Assembly: GCA_965228895.1 (NCBI GenBank)
Contig: OZ245842.1
Location: 1,504,001-1,568,000, forward strand
DNA from: Alphaproteobacteria bacterium
GTDB taxonomy: Bacteria; Pseudomonadota; Alphaproteobacteria; SP197
Reading direction: 5' to 3'
Length of the DNA stretch: 64,000 nucleotides
Shown here: positions 28,233 to 37,452 of the stretch, piece by piece
How the letters are laid out: each line of letters starts with the position of its first letter
How positions within the stretch are numbered: the stretch's first letter is position 1
Translations under genes and position numbers: made by a program
The notes under the pieces: generated by a model
What the model saw: the letters and a program-made list of their open reading frames with translations, nothing else
What the model was told of the DNA's origin: nothing
Database searches by the model: none

Positions 28233-29054
28233 ATGCGCCTGATCAGTGTTGCCGCTGTCTTGCTTGCGTTGATCGCATCGGGATGCCAGTCACAGGTGCC
28301 GATGCCGGCGACCTATGATCTGACCTACCAGCAGAAGATGCAGGCTGCCTATCACTGGCAGGTCCTGGCGCGCGATCTGGCCGCCCAGGTCGACCTGCGC
28401 ATGACCGAGCGCGAGCTGCCGCCCCTGGTCTATGTCGAGGGCGATGGTGGCGGGACGGCCTTTGACGAGGCTTTCCACGACATGATGATCACGGAACTGG
28501 TCGACCGGGGTTATCAGGTCTATGGCATCGAAACCTCGGAGACCACGACAGTCTCTTACAAGACCCAGGTCGTGCAGCACGCACCGGGCCGCTGGGTCCG
28601 GCCGCCGGTCGGGACGTTCGCGGCGCTGGGGGCAGGCATTCTGGCCGTGCGCGAAATCATCGTCGCCGACGTGTCGACGGCAGCCGTCGTCGGCGGCGTC
28701 GCAGTCGCTGCGGCGGCGGCAGAAATGGGCGCGGGTTCGGTGACCTCGCTCAGCGACACCGAGGTCATTATCACCACGTCCTTGGTGCGTAACGGCAGCT
28801 ATCTCGCCCGTTACAGCGACATCTACTATGTGCCCGATAACGATGCCGAGCACTACGATGTGGTCTTGGCCGAAGCCGAGCTGGCGCCCGGCAACACCTT
28901 CATTATCAATTACGATTCCTACGAACGCTCGCTTCATGATGTGCGCCTTGAAGCGATCGATCGCTGTGCCCGGTCGGATCAGTTGGCCGAACTGATCGCG
29001 CGCGATTTCGGCCAGCGCATGCATACCGCGGAGTTCCGCTGCTACCGCGTCTAG
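28233..29054 (+). CDS. Hypothetical lipoprotein
   Basis: Lipobox ASGC; QQKMQAAYHW motif; internal hydrophobic Gly/Ala segment; small two-Cys C-terminal domain. Confidence 0.75.
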   Translation: MRLISVAAVLLALIASGCQSQVPMPATYDLTYQQKMQAAYHWQVLARDLAAQVDLRMTERELPPLVYVEGDGGGTAFDEAFHDMMITELVDRGYQVYGIETSETTTVSYKTQVVQHAPGRWVRPPVGTFAALGAGILAVREIIVADVSTAAVVGGVAVAAAAAEMGAGSVTSLSDTEVIITTSLVRNGSYLARYSDIYYVPDNDAEHYDVVLAEAELAPGNTFIINYDSYERSLHDVRLEAIDRCARSDQLAELIARDFGQRMHTAEFRCYRV

Positions 29055-29264
29055 CTGATCGGCGGAACTTGATCCAAACGGTCCTGGCGAACGCCATGCA
29101 TTGAAGACCCTTGATGACGCGTCGTGGTGATAGACGCCGCGATGCCCCTGGCGCGCAAGTGACTTTTCACGCCCGCGGTTTCCTGCAAGGATACATCGTA
29201 GAGCGCCTGCCAATTCACCAATCACGCCAGACAGGCGCATGCCATCACATCCTGGGAGAACGCG

Positions 29265-30380
29265 ATGAAGAAAATGGGAATAAACGAGTTTCAGGACAAA
29301 CTCTTCACCGGAAAGCTCAACCGCCGCCAAGCTCTTACAGTTTTGGGCTCTGTTGGCGTTATGGCGTCGGTCATGACACCTCGCGGCCTGCGCGCCGCCC
29401 AGCAGCCGCTTGTCCTCGAGTGGAGCGGTTACGAGCTGCCTGAGCTTTATCCTCCTTACTTCAAAGCCCATGGCGAGCCAGAATTTTCATTTTTCTCGTC
29501 CGAGCAAGAAATGGCAACCAAGGTTCGCAACGGGTTCCCGGCCGATATCACGCATCCGTGCGCTGAAAGCTGGAGCCGTATGTCGGATGCCGGCCTGTTA
29601 AAGCCTATTGACGTCAGTCGGTTGTCGAACTGGAACGACGTGTTTGCCGGCCTGCGCGACCATCACGCGATCCGAGACGCGGAAGGCAATGTCATGATGT
29701 TGCCGGCTGACTGGGGCAACAGCTCGATCGTCTATCGGACGGATCTCTACGAAGGCGAAGAAAGCTGGTGCATGTTGTTTGACGAGCGCTACGAGGGACG
29801 TCTGTCGAGTTTTGACAGCGAGAGCTCCGTTCTGGTTGCCGGGCTCTGTCAGGGATTCGGCGAAGAATCGTTCAACATGACCGATGAAATGCTCACCGAA
29901 ATTCGGCCCCTTGTGGAGAAACAGGCACGCCTTGTCCGGTTCTACTGGGGTGACCAGACGGAAATCGAAAACGCCTTGGCGTCCGGCGAAATCGTCGCGG
30001 CCTACGCGTGGAACTCGGCGGTCAAAACGCTCAAGGAGCAAGGCATACCAGTTGCCTATGCCGTGCCCAAGGAAGGTATTCTGAATTGGTTGTGTGGTCT
30101 GTCGATCACCACGGTCGGAACCGGTGATGAAGACCTCATCTACGAGTACCTTGATGCATGGCTTGATCCAGAGGCCGGCAAATTCCTGATCGAAGACTAT
30201 GGCTATGGCCATTCGAACGCGGTCTCGTTCGAAGTCGCCGATCCGGAATTGGTTGCCGCGCTTGGCTTCCCGGCCAATCCGGTCGAGATGCTGGACGACG
30301 GAATCATGTTCCAGCCCTATGATCCACAGGTGCTTCAAAACATGGTCAACATGTTTGACGAGATCAAAATCGGAATTTGA
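29265..30380 (+). CDS. Polyamine-type ABC transporter substrate-binding protein (PotD/PotF family, Tat signal)
   Basis: LNRRQAL Tat motif; WSGY, P.DWG, AYAWN, PKEG..W. Confidence 0.88.
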   Translation: MKKMGINEFQDKLFTGKLNRRQALTVLGSVGVMASVMTPRGLRAAQQPLVLEWSGYELPELYPPYFKAHGEPEFSFFSSEQEMATKVRNGFPADITHPCAESWSRMSDAGLLKPIDVSRLSNWNDVFAGLRDHHAIRDAEGNVMMLPADWGNSSIVYRTDLYEGEESWCMLFDERYEGRLSSFDSESSVLVAGLCQGFGEESFNMTDEMLTEIRPLVEKQARLVRFYWGDQTEIENALASGEIVAAYAWNSAVKTLKEQGIPVAYAVPKEGILNWLCGLSITTVGTGDEDLIYEYLDAWLDPEAGKFLIEDYGYGHSNAVSFEVADPELVAALGFPANPVEMLDDGIMFQPYDPQVLQNMVNMFDEIKIGI

Positions 30381-30393
30381 TCCGTTATGGTCG

Positions 30394-30430
30394 CGGCCGG
30401 AGGTGGGTTTTCATCCTATCTCCGGCCTTC
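30394..30430 (+). terminator. Hairpin after the binding-protein gene (partial terminator or mRNA stabiliser)
   Basis: GGCCGGAGGTGGG...CCTATCTCCGGCC followed by TTCT. Confidence 0.6.
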
Positions 30431-30651
30431 TCCTGCCGGTGATCGGTTGCGAAGAGCCATTTCTGGGTGAATTTCGCGGTGTTTGGCCGGACCGCGTAAC
30501 ATCAGATAGGAGCCGGTGAAGTTGGCAAGAGGCTTTTCAACACATCGGCTGGTGTGTATGACTAATAGTAAGTGGGTCCGCGCCAAGGGCATGACGATTT
30601 GGGAGGCGGATGGGGCCCCGTATCTGGGAACAGGACCAAGAGGTACGGCCC

Positions 30652-31584
30652 ATGGCTGACCAAACGCATTCGATGGGGGCGGGCACCGCTGATTACGGCG
30701 GATCGCTGGGTTTCCGTATCCGCTCCGTGTTTTTGAAGTACGAATGGCTGCGCGGCTACACGCTGATGTCACCGACGTTGTTGGTGATGATCTTGCTGAT
30801 GTGCGTGCCGCTGTTCACGCTTGTGACCTACAGTTTCTGGACCCAGAACTACCTGGACATCGACACGACCCCGACGCTGGACAACTATCACGCCTTTTTC
30901 CAGAAGCCGATTTATGTGGCGTTGATGATGAAGTCGATCCGGATGTCGCTTTATTGCACCTTCGCGACGCTGATCCTGGCCTACCCGATGGCGTACTTCA
31001 TCGCCTTCAAGGTGAAGAAGAACAAGCTGGTGTGGCTGATCCTGATCACGGTTCCGTTCTGGACCAGCTACCTGCTTCGGGTCTTCGCGTGGAAGGTGAT
31101 CCTGGGCTATAACGGCGTCATCAATTCCGGTCTGATCAGCCTGGGTCTTCTGGAGGAACCGCTTCAGTTCCTGCTCTATAACCCAACGGCGGTGGTGTTG
31201 ACGCTGGCCCATGCGTGGGCGGCGTTCGCTATCCTGCCGATCTATGTGTCGCTGGAGAAGATAGACAGATCGCTGCTCGAAGCGGCGACCGACCTCGGCG
31301 ACACCCCGGGCGAGAGGTTCTGGCGTGTGACCTGGCCCCTATCGATACCCGGCGTTATCGCGGCCGGCCTGCTGGTCTTCATTCCAACCGTGGGCGACTA
31401 CGTGACGCCCAAGCTGGTGGGCGGAACGACCGGCATCATGATTGGCAACATCGTGCAGTCGCAGTTCGGTAAGGCGAACAACTGGCCCATGGGGGCGGCG
31501 CTGTCCGTCATCTCCATGATCCTGATAGCGACACTGGTGGTGACCTTCATTGCCACAATGACGCGCGGGAGGGCTAAGTCCTGA
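30652..31584 (+). CDS. potB: ABC permease, PotB-like
   Basis: LAYPMAY, PFWTSYLLR, LLEAATDLG, NWPMGAA. Confidence 0.85.
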   Translation: MADQTHSMGAGTADYGGSLGFRIRSVFLKYEWLRGYTLMSPTLLVMILLMCVPLFTLVTYSFWTQNYLDIDTTPTLDNYHAFFQKPIYVALMMKSIRMSLYCTFATLILAYPMAYFIAFKVKKNKLVWLILITVPFWTSYLLRVFAWKVILGYNGVINSGLISLGLLEEPLQFLLYNPTAVVLTLAHAWAAFAILPIYVSLEKIDRSLLEAATDLGDTPGERFWRVTWPLSIPGVIAAGLLVFIPTVGDYVTPKLVGGTTGIMIGNIVQSQFGKANNWPMGAALSVISMILIATLVVTFIATMTRGRAKS

Positions 31585-32483
31585 TGTCGGATACAACGAA
31601 CACCGACGCCACTGCGTCGGAAGGCAACGAGGAACGCGCGGCGGGGACGCCGGGCCACGTTCAGGGCAAACACGAGGGTTATCATTGGTCGGGAGAAGCA
31701 CCGCTGTTCATCTATGCGGTGTTCTATCTCTCGTTTCTCTATATCCCCGTTCTGTTTCTGCCGCTCTTCTCGTTCAACGACTCGATCTATGTCGCATTCC
31801 CGCTGAAGGGCTTCACGGTCCAGTGGTATGGCGACATGCTGGACAACCCGGCCTTGACCCAGGCGCTGTGGAACAGCGTCAAGGTCGGTGTCGGGGTCTC
31901 GATTGTGGCGACGTTCTTCGGCATTTTCGCGGCCAAGGCGATGACGCGCTATCACATGCCGGGCAAGGGCCCGCTGACCAGCTTCATCATGCTGCCGCTG
32001 GTGGTGCCGGGGATCATCCTGGGTATCGCGCTGCTGGTGATCTCCAACGCGGTCGGTCTGCCGCTGTCGCTGTTCACGATCGGCCTGGCGCATACGCTTG
32101 TGGCGGTGCCGTTCTCGATGCTGGTGTTGATGTCGCGGCTTGAAGGTTTCGACAAGAGCCTGGAGGAAGCCTCTCTTGATCTGGGCGAGAACGCGTTCTC
32201 GACGTTCTTCAAGGTGACGTTGCCTCTGGCATGGCCGGGCATTCTGGCCAGCTTCTTGTTGTGCTTCACCATCTCGTTCGACGAGTTCATCCTGGCCTTC
32301 TTCCTGGCCGGTAACGAGGTGACGCTGCCGATCTACATCTGGAGCCAGCTGCGCTTCCCCAACAGGCTGCCGATGGTGCTGTCGCTTGGCGCCTGCATCC
32401 TGTTGGCATCGTTCTTCATCGTCACCTTCTCCGAGGTCATTCGACGCCGCGGCGTCGGAACCCAGAGCGGCTCGGCGATCTAA
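31584..32483 (+). CDS. potC: ABC permease, PotC-like
   Basis: FLYIP...FSFN, LEEASLDLG, FTISFDEF, TLPIYIWS. Confidence 0.85.
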   Translation: MSDTTNTDATASEGNEERAAGTPGHVQGKHEGYHWSGEAPLFIYAVFYLSFLYIPVLFLPLFSFNDSIYVAFPLKGFTVQWYGDMLDNPALTQALWNSVKVGVGVSIVATFFGIFAAKAMTRYHMPGKGPLTSFIMLPLVVPGIILGIALLVISNAVGLPLSLFTIGLAHTLVAVPFSMLVLMSRLEGFDKSLEEASLDLGENAFSTFFKVTLPLAWPGILASFLLCFTISFDEFILAFFLAGNEVTLPIYIWSQLRFPNRLPMVLSLGACILLASFFIVTFSEVIRRRGVGTQSGSAI

Positions 32484-32551
32484 GGGAGACGAAAGCGCTA
32501 AGGCGCAACGAACAAAAATGGACTTGGCAACAGCGGGTGGGCGCAAAAGGT

Positions 32552-33649
32552 ATGCGTGAGGACTATATCGCGATTAAGAGCGTGTCGAAGCACTTCGGCA
32601 GTGTGCGAGCCGTCGATGACATCACGTTCAACATCGAGGAAGGCGAGTTCTTTTCCCTTCTCGGTGCATCGGGTTGCGGCAAGACGACGTTGCTCAGAAT
32701 GCTGGCTGGTTTCGAGCAGCCGACCCTGGGCAACATCTTCATCGATGCTCAACCTCAGGCCGGCGTGCCGCCCCATCAGCGGCCCGTCAACATGGTGTTT
32801 CAGAGCTACGCCATATTTCCGCATCTGAACGTCCACAAGAACATCGCCTACGGCATGCGGAAATCCGGCCTGAACAAGACCGAGATCGACCGCAAGGTCG
32901 ACGAGATGCTGGAGCTGATCAAGCTGCCTGGCTATGGCTCTCGTGGCGCCCATCAGTTGTCCGGTGGCCAGCGTCAGCGCATCGCCCTGGCGCGCGCCTT
33001 GATCAAGCAGCCGAAGGTGCTGTTGCTGGATGAGCCGCTAGGCGCGCTCGACAAGAAGCTTCGTGAGCAGATGCAGCTGGAACTGCGTGCGCTGCAACGC
33101 GATGTCGGCATTACCTTCGTGTTCGTGACCCACGATCAGGAAGAAGCCATGACCATGTCCGACCGCATCGCCGTGATGTCGGAAGGCAAGGTGCTGCAAA
33201 TCGACTCGCCGACCCATCTCTATGAGATCCCACAGGTCAAGGAAGTCGCCGACTTCATTGGCACGATCAATTTCTTCGGCGGCAGCATCAAGGGCAAGGA
33301 CGGCGAAGCCACCATCGTTGACACCGAAGGTTTGGGTCAGGTTCGGTCGATGGCCGGCAATGCCGAAACGCCGAGCAGCGGCGACATCACGGTCGCCATC
33401 CGGCCGGAGAAGTTCGGCATCTCGTTCCAGAAACCCAATGTCCTGCACAACGTCGTCGAGGGTTCAATTCAGGCCGCCGCCTATCTGGGCGACCGCAGCC
33501 ATTTCTATGTCCAGGTGGACGGCCGCGATGCGCCGGTAGCCGTCGCCGCACAGAACGCGCAGCGCCAGCTGGAAAGCGTCGACCCGGACAAACACGAGAC
33601 GGTCTGGTTGACGTGGGATGAGAATTCGGCGCTCCTCTTGAGCCGCTAA
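32552..33649 (+). CDS. potA: ABC ATPase, PotA-like, with TOBE domain
   Basis: GASGCGKT, RPVNMVFQSYA.FPHL, LSGGQ, LLLDEPLGALD, THDQEEA. Confidence 0.9.
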   Translation: MREDYIAIKSVSKHFGSVRAVDDITFNIEEGEFFSLLGASGCGKTTLLRMLAGFEQPTLGNIFIDAQPQAGVPPHQRPVNMVFQSYAIFPHLNVHKNIAYGMRKSGLNKTEIDRKVDEMLELIKLPGYGSRGAHQLSGGQRQRIALARALIKQPKVLLLDEPLGALDKKLREQMQLELRALQRDVGITFVFVTHDQEEAMTMSDRIAVMSEGKVLQIDSPTHLYEIPQVKEVADFIGTINFFGGSIKGKDGEATIVDTEGLGQVRSMAGNAETPSSGDITVAIRPEKFGISFQKPNVLHNVVEGSIQAAAYLGDRSHFYVQVDGRDAPVAVAAQNAQRQLESVDPDKHETVWLTWDENSALLLSR

Positions 33650-33668
33650 CAGTTCTCTTAACCGTTCG

Positions 33669-33705
33669 CAAAGGGCGCGGTCGTGAGGTCGCGCCCTTTT
33701 TCTTT
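33669..33705 (+). terminator. Intrinsic terminator of the pot operon
   Basis: AAAGGGCGCG...CGCGCCCTTTTTTCTTT. Confidence 0.85.
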
Positions 33706-33826
33706 GGCTGCGTGAATCCGTCGGCTGTGCCAAGGCGTAGACACGGCTTGGCTTTCGGCGGGCACTGCGATAAAAGTCGCGCGCCTTTCCAGACCTTTCC
33801 CGATACTGAGGAGTACAAAGCGGTCC

Positions 33827-35005
33827 ATGCGCTACGCACCGATCGTCGATCGCCTTGCCAACGAAGGCGCGCGTGCCTGGGACGTCCACAGCCGCGCTCT
33901 CAAGTACAAGAGCGAAGGGCGCGATGTCATCGTTCTGAGTATCGGCGATCCCGATTTCGATACGCCGGCGCCCATCGTCGAAGCCTGTATCGACGATATG
34001 CGTAGTGGCGATACGCACTATTCCTACATTGATGGGAGCCCGCAATTGCGTGCGGCGGTCGCTGCCTATCATCAACGTAACACCGGTCAAGACGTTGGCG
34101 CTGACAACGTTTCTATGAGCCTGGGCGCCCAGGGCGGTCTTTTTGGCGCGGCGGCTTGCACGGCGGGTCCGGGCGATGAAATCATCGTGCCGCAGCCTGT
34201 TTACGTGACCTATGAGTCGGTTGTCCATGCGACCGGCGCCGAGATGGTCTCCATTCCACTCAGGCCGGAACGGGATTTTCATTTGGATCCGGCTGATGTT
34301 GAGGCGGCGGTGACGCCCCGCACGCGCAGCGTCATGATCAACACGCCTCATAATCCGACGGGCGCCGCCTATGGCCTTAAGGACTTGGAGGGGCTGGCCG
34401 AGGTCTGCCGCACGCACGATCTATGGCTGATCTCCGACGAGGTCTATAGCCGGACGCTTTTTGACGGCCGCCGGCACCTTTGTCCGGCGACACTGGACGG
34501 CATGGCCGAGCGTACGATCGTCGTCGATAGCCTCTCGAAATCCCACGCCATGACCGGGTGGCGGGTCGGTTGGGTGGTCGGCCCACCATCGCTGCGCCAG
34601 CACCTCTATCACCTGGGCCTTGCCCTGCATTATGGCCTGCCGACCTTCATCCAGCAGAGCGTGGAGATCGCGTTCACCGGCGATTTCCCCGAAATCGCCA
34701 CAATGCTCGCCCATTACCAGAAACGGCGAGACTTGGTGCTTGATCGACTGAGGGACGTGCGCGGGATCCGGGTCGTCAAGCCGGAAGGTTCGTGTTTCAT
34801 GATGGTGGATATTCGCGACACCGGCCTGACATCCCAAGCGTTCTCCGACCGTCTGTTGGAGGAAGCCGGCGTATCGCTGTTGGCCGGTGAGGGTTTCGGG
34901 CCCAGTGGCAGTGGATTCCTGCGGTTCTCGCTGACCGCGCCATCGGCCGAGATCGCCGAGGCGTGTGATCGTTTTGCCCGGTTTGTGCGCGGCTTAAACA
35001 GTTAG
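33827..35005 (+). CDS. Class I/II PLP aminotransferase (AruH-like)
   Basis: LSIGDPDFDTP, NTPHNPTG, ISDEVY, SLSKSHAMTGWRVG. Confidence 0.88.
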   Translation: MRYAPIVDRLANEGARAWDVHSRALKYKSEGRDVIVLSIGDPDFDTPAPIVEACIDDMRSGDTHYSYIDGSPQLRAAVAAYHQRNTGQDVGADNVSMSLGAQGGLFGAAACTAGPGDEIIVPQPVYVTYESVVHATGAEMVSIPLRPERDFHLDPADVEAAVTPRTRSVMINTPHNPTGAAYGLKDLEGLAEVCRTHDLWLISDEVYSRTLFDGRRHLCPATLDGMAERTIVVDSLSKSHAMTGWRVGWVVGPPSLRQHLYHLGLALHYGLPTFIQQSVEIAFTGDFPEIATMLAHYQKRRDLVLDRLRDVRGIRVVKPEGSCFMMVDIRDTGLTSQAFSDRLLEEAGVSLLAGEGFGPSGSGFLRFSLTAPSAEIAEACDRFARFVRGLNS

Positions 35006-35085
35006 CACGACACGGCAATTCACCTTCGCGTCAGGCCCGTGCAGAAGACTTGCGCCGACATGCAGCAAAGGCCACGTTATCGTCC

Positions 35086-35661
35086 ATGACCGACAACACA
35101 TCATCGGTTGAAGCCGATCAGCCTCGCGCTACGCGTCGTTGGTTGTATGCGTTGCCTGTTGCGTTTTTCGCGATCCTTGTCGTCGCCTTGGCGATCGGCC
35201 TGGGACGCGACCCCAGCGTGCTGCCGTCGGCCCTGGTCGGCAAACCGGCGCCGGAATTTGACCTTCCCGAAGTCCCTGGCTATGGGCCAGGCTTCTCGAA
35301 CGAGACGCTCAAAGGTCAGGTCAGTCTGGTCAATGTCTTTGCCTCGTGGTGTGTCAGTTGCCTGATTGAGCACCCGTTGCTTGTCGAATTGCATGAAGCC
35401 GGCGATGTCGCGGTGTTCGGGTTGAACTATAAGGATTCGCCCGAGGATGCCGCCGCGTGGCTCGGCGAGCATGGCAACCCGTATGATGCGACCGGCGTCG
35501 ATGCGCAGGGCCGCGTGGGAATCGAATGGGGCGTCTACGGCGTACCCGAGACCTTCGTCGTCGATCGCGACGGCCAGATCGTTCACAAGCATATCGGGCC
35601 GATCACGCCGGATGCATGGCAGAACGACATCTTGCCGATCATCCAGGAGCTTCGCTCATGA
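35086..35661 (+). CDS. ccmG: DsbE/CcmG thiol:disulfide interchange protein
   Basis: N-terminal TM, LPSALVGKPAP, ASWCVSC..EHP, GNPY, GVYGVPETF. Confidence 0.85.
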   Translation: MTDNTSSVEADQPRATRRWLYALPVAFFAILVVALAIGLGRDPSVLPSALVGKPAPEFDLPEVPGYGPGFSNETLKGQVSLVNVFASWCVSCLIEHPLLVELHEAGDVAVFGLNYKDSPEDAAAWLGEHGNPYDATGVDAQGRVGIEWGVYGVPETFVVDRDGQIVHKHIGPITPDAWQNDILPIIQELRS

Positions 35662-36245
35662 GACGCACGATACTCGCCGGCGTGGCGGTACTGCTGCTGG
35701 TAGCTGCCTGGATGCCGACGAACGCGAGTGATACCTTGCCCAACTTTGCCTGGCTCGACGAACCGGAGGCGTCGCCGGACGTGCTGTTCTCGGTCGAAGG
35801 TGGCGACATGCGCACGTTGGAAGCGTACCGCGGCAAGGTGATCGTGCTGAACTTCTGGGCAACGTGGTGCCCACCATGCCGTGAGGAAATGCCTTCTCTT
35901 GATCGGCTCGAGGCCAGCCATGGCGGCGACTATCTGGTTGTCATGGCGATGTCGGTCGATCGCGGGGGTGAGAATCAGATTCGCGAGTTCTACGACGACA
36001 TTGGCGTCAACGACCTGGGCGTCTTCAGCGACCCCACCCAGAAGGTGTCACGCGATTTCCGCGTTCTCGGCCTGCCGACGACGATTGTCATCGATCACCA
36101 AGGCCAGATGGTCGCAAGGCTTGTGGGCACCGCGGAATGGGATAGTCCGGCCGCGTTGAAGGAGCTGCAGCCACTGATCGACGCCGCGCGTCTGGCCGGT
36201 GGTGGAGCCAGTACTGGCCAGGCATCGCTGGCCACCGCGCCCTAG
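35658..36245 (+). CDS. TlpA-family disulfide reductase
   Basis: LNFWATWCPPCREEMP, GLPTT; ATGA overlap with ccmG. Confidence 0.88.
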   Translation: MRRTILAGVAVLLLVAAWMPTNASDTLPNFAWLDEPEASPDVLFSVEGGDMRTLEAYRGKVIVLNFWATWCPPCREEMPSLDRLEASHGGDYLVVMAMSVDRGGENQIREFYDDIGVNDLGVFSDPTQKVSRDFRVLGLPTTIVIDHQGQMVARLVGTAEWDSPAALKELQPLIDAARLAGGGASTGQASLATAP

Positions 36246-36269
36246 CGGGTCAACGGCCGGCCCGGCGTC

Positions 36270-37010
36270 ATGCTCGAAATCTCCGGTATCGGCATTGGTG
36301 CGGCATTCGTGGCCGGTTTGGTGTCGTTTCTGTCGCCATGCGTTCTGCCCCTGGTGCCTGCTTACGTCTCATATATCGCCGGTGAGTCGCTTGAAGACCT
36401 GACCGGTAACACCACAAAACGGGCGCGGGCGGCCGCGGTCCTGCTCAGCCTGTTCTTCGTTCTCGGCTTCTCGACGGTCTTTGTCCTGCTCGGTGCTGGC
36501 GCAACGGCCGCCGGTGAACTTCTACTGACCTACCGTTACGAGCTGAGCTATGTGGCCGGCGCGATCGTCATTGTGTTCGGGCTGTTCATGATGGGTGTCT
36601 TTCGCGTCAGTTGGTTCGACCGCGATCTCAGGATACAGATCAACGTGCCGGGCGGACGCCCGGTCGCCGCCTACGGTCTGGGTGCTGCGTTTGCCTTCGG
36701 CTGGACACCGTGTATCGGCCCAATCCTGGGAGCCATCCTCGCTGTCGCCGCAACAACCGCCACGGTCAGTCAGGGCATGGCGCTGCTGGCGATCTATTCG
36801 CTTGGTCTTGGCGTGCCTTTCTTGATCGCTGCGGCATCGACGGGTTTGTTCGTCCAGCGCATGAAGGGATTGGGGCGTTGGGGTCGGCGTATCCAGGTCG
36901 CCGCCGGCGCCGTTCTTGTCATCATGGGCATTGCCATGTTGACGGGCTACCTGGCGGACTTTGCCTTCTGGCTGCTGGCGACGTTCCCGATACTCGCGAC
37001 CATTGGCTAG
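36270..37010 (+). CDS. ccdA: CcdA (DsbD transmembrane domain) protein
   Basis: SFLSPCVLPLVPAY, FAFGWTPCIGPILG, YSLGLGVPF. Confidence 0.92.
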   Translation: MLEISGIGIGAAFVAGLVSFLSPCVLPLVPAYVSYIAGESLEDLTGNTTKRARAAAVLLSLFFVLGFSTVFVLLGAGATAAGELLLTYRYELSYVAGAIVIVFGLFMMGVFRVSWFDRDLRIQINVPGGRPVAAYGLGAAFAFGWTPCIGPILGAILAVAATTATVSQGMALLAIYSLGLGVPFLIAAASTGLFVQRMKGLGRWGRRIQVAAGAVLVIMGIAMLTGYLADFAFWLLATFPILATIG

Positions 37011-37070
37011 CAATGCGATAGGGATGCGCACCCATTTTCGCAGCATGGCAAAACACCTTAACATCCTCCC

Positions 37071-37430
37071 ATGACATCCGATGAGTATGCCGGCTACTAC
37101 GCCGTAATCCGACAGATCCCCGAAGGCCGTGTCATGACCTATGGCGATATCGCGATCGCCGCCGGCCATCCCCGGTGGGCCCGGCGTGTCGGTTATGCGC
37201 TGTCATCCCTCAACGACAAGACGGTCCCATGGTGGCGGGTGATCAACGCCCAGGGCCGGATCAGTGTGGGCAAGGGCAGGGGCCATGAAGCGGCCGATAT
37301 GCAGCGTCATCTGCTCGAGGCGGAAGGTGTCTACATCGACCTGGAGGGCGTCGTCGACCTGGAGACCTATCGGTTCGTACCGAAAGCGAAGCGGGCAAAG
37401 AAAAAGGGGAGCCCGAAGGCTCCCCTTTGA
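37071..37430 (+). CDS. Alkyltransferase-like protein (ATL, MGMT family without the acceptor Cys)
   Basis: IPEGRVMTYG.IA, AR.VG, PWWRV in place of PCHRV, Q..LLEAEGV. Confidence 0.9.
   Translation: MTSDEYAGYYAVIRQIPEGRVMTYGDIAIAAGHPRWARRVGYALSSLNDKTVPWWRVINAQGRISVGKGRGHEAADMQRHLLEAEGVYIDLEGVVDLETYRFVPKAKRAKKKGSPKAPL
37397..37428 (-). terminator. Intrinsic terminator of the family 5 binding-protein gene, lying in the 3' end of the ATL gene
   Basis: 11-bp stem, UUCG loop on the minus strand, U tract. Confidence 0.8.
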
Positions 37431-37452
37431 CATGTGCCCAACAAGGGCGCGA

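Noticed and set aside
37071-37430. Active O6-methylguanine methyltransferase
   Set aside because: The acceptor Cys is replaced by Trp (PWWR), which is the known ATL class.
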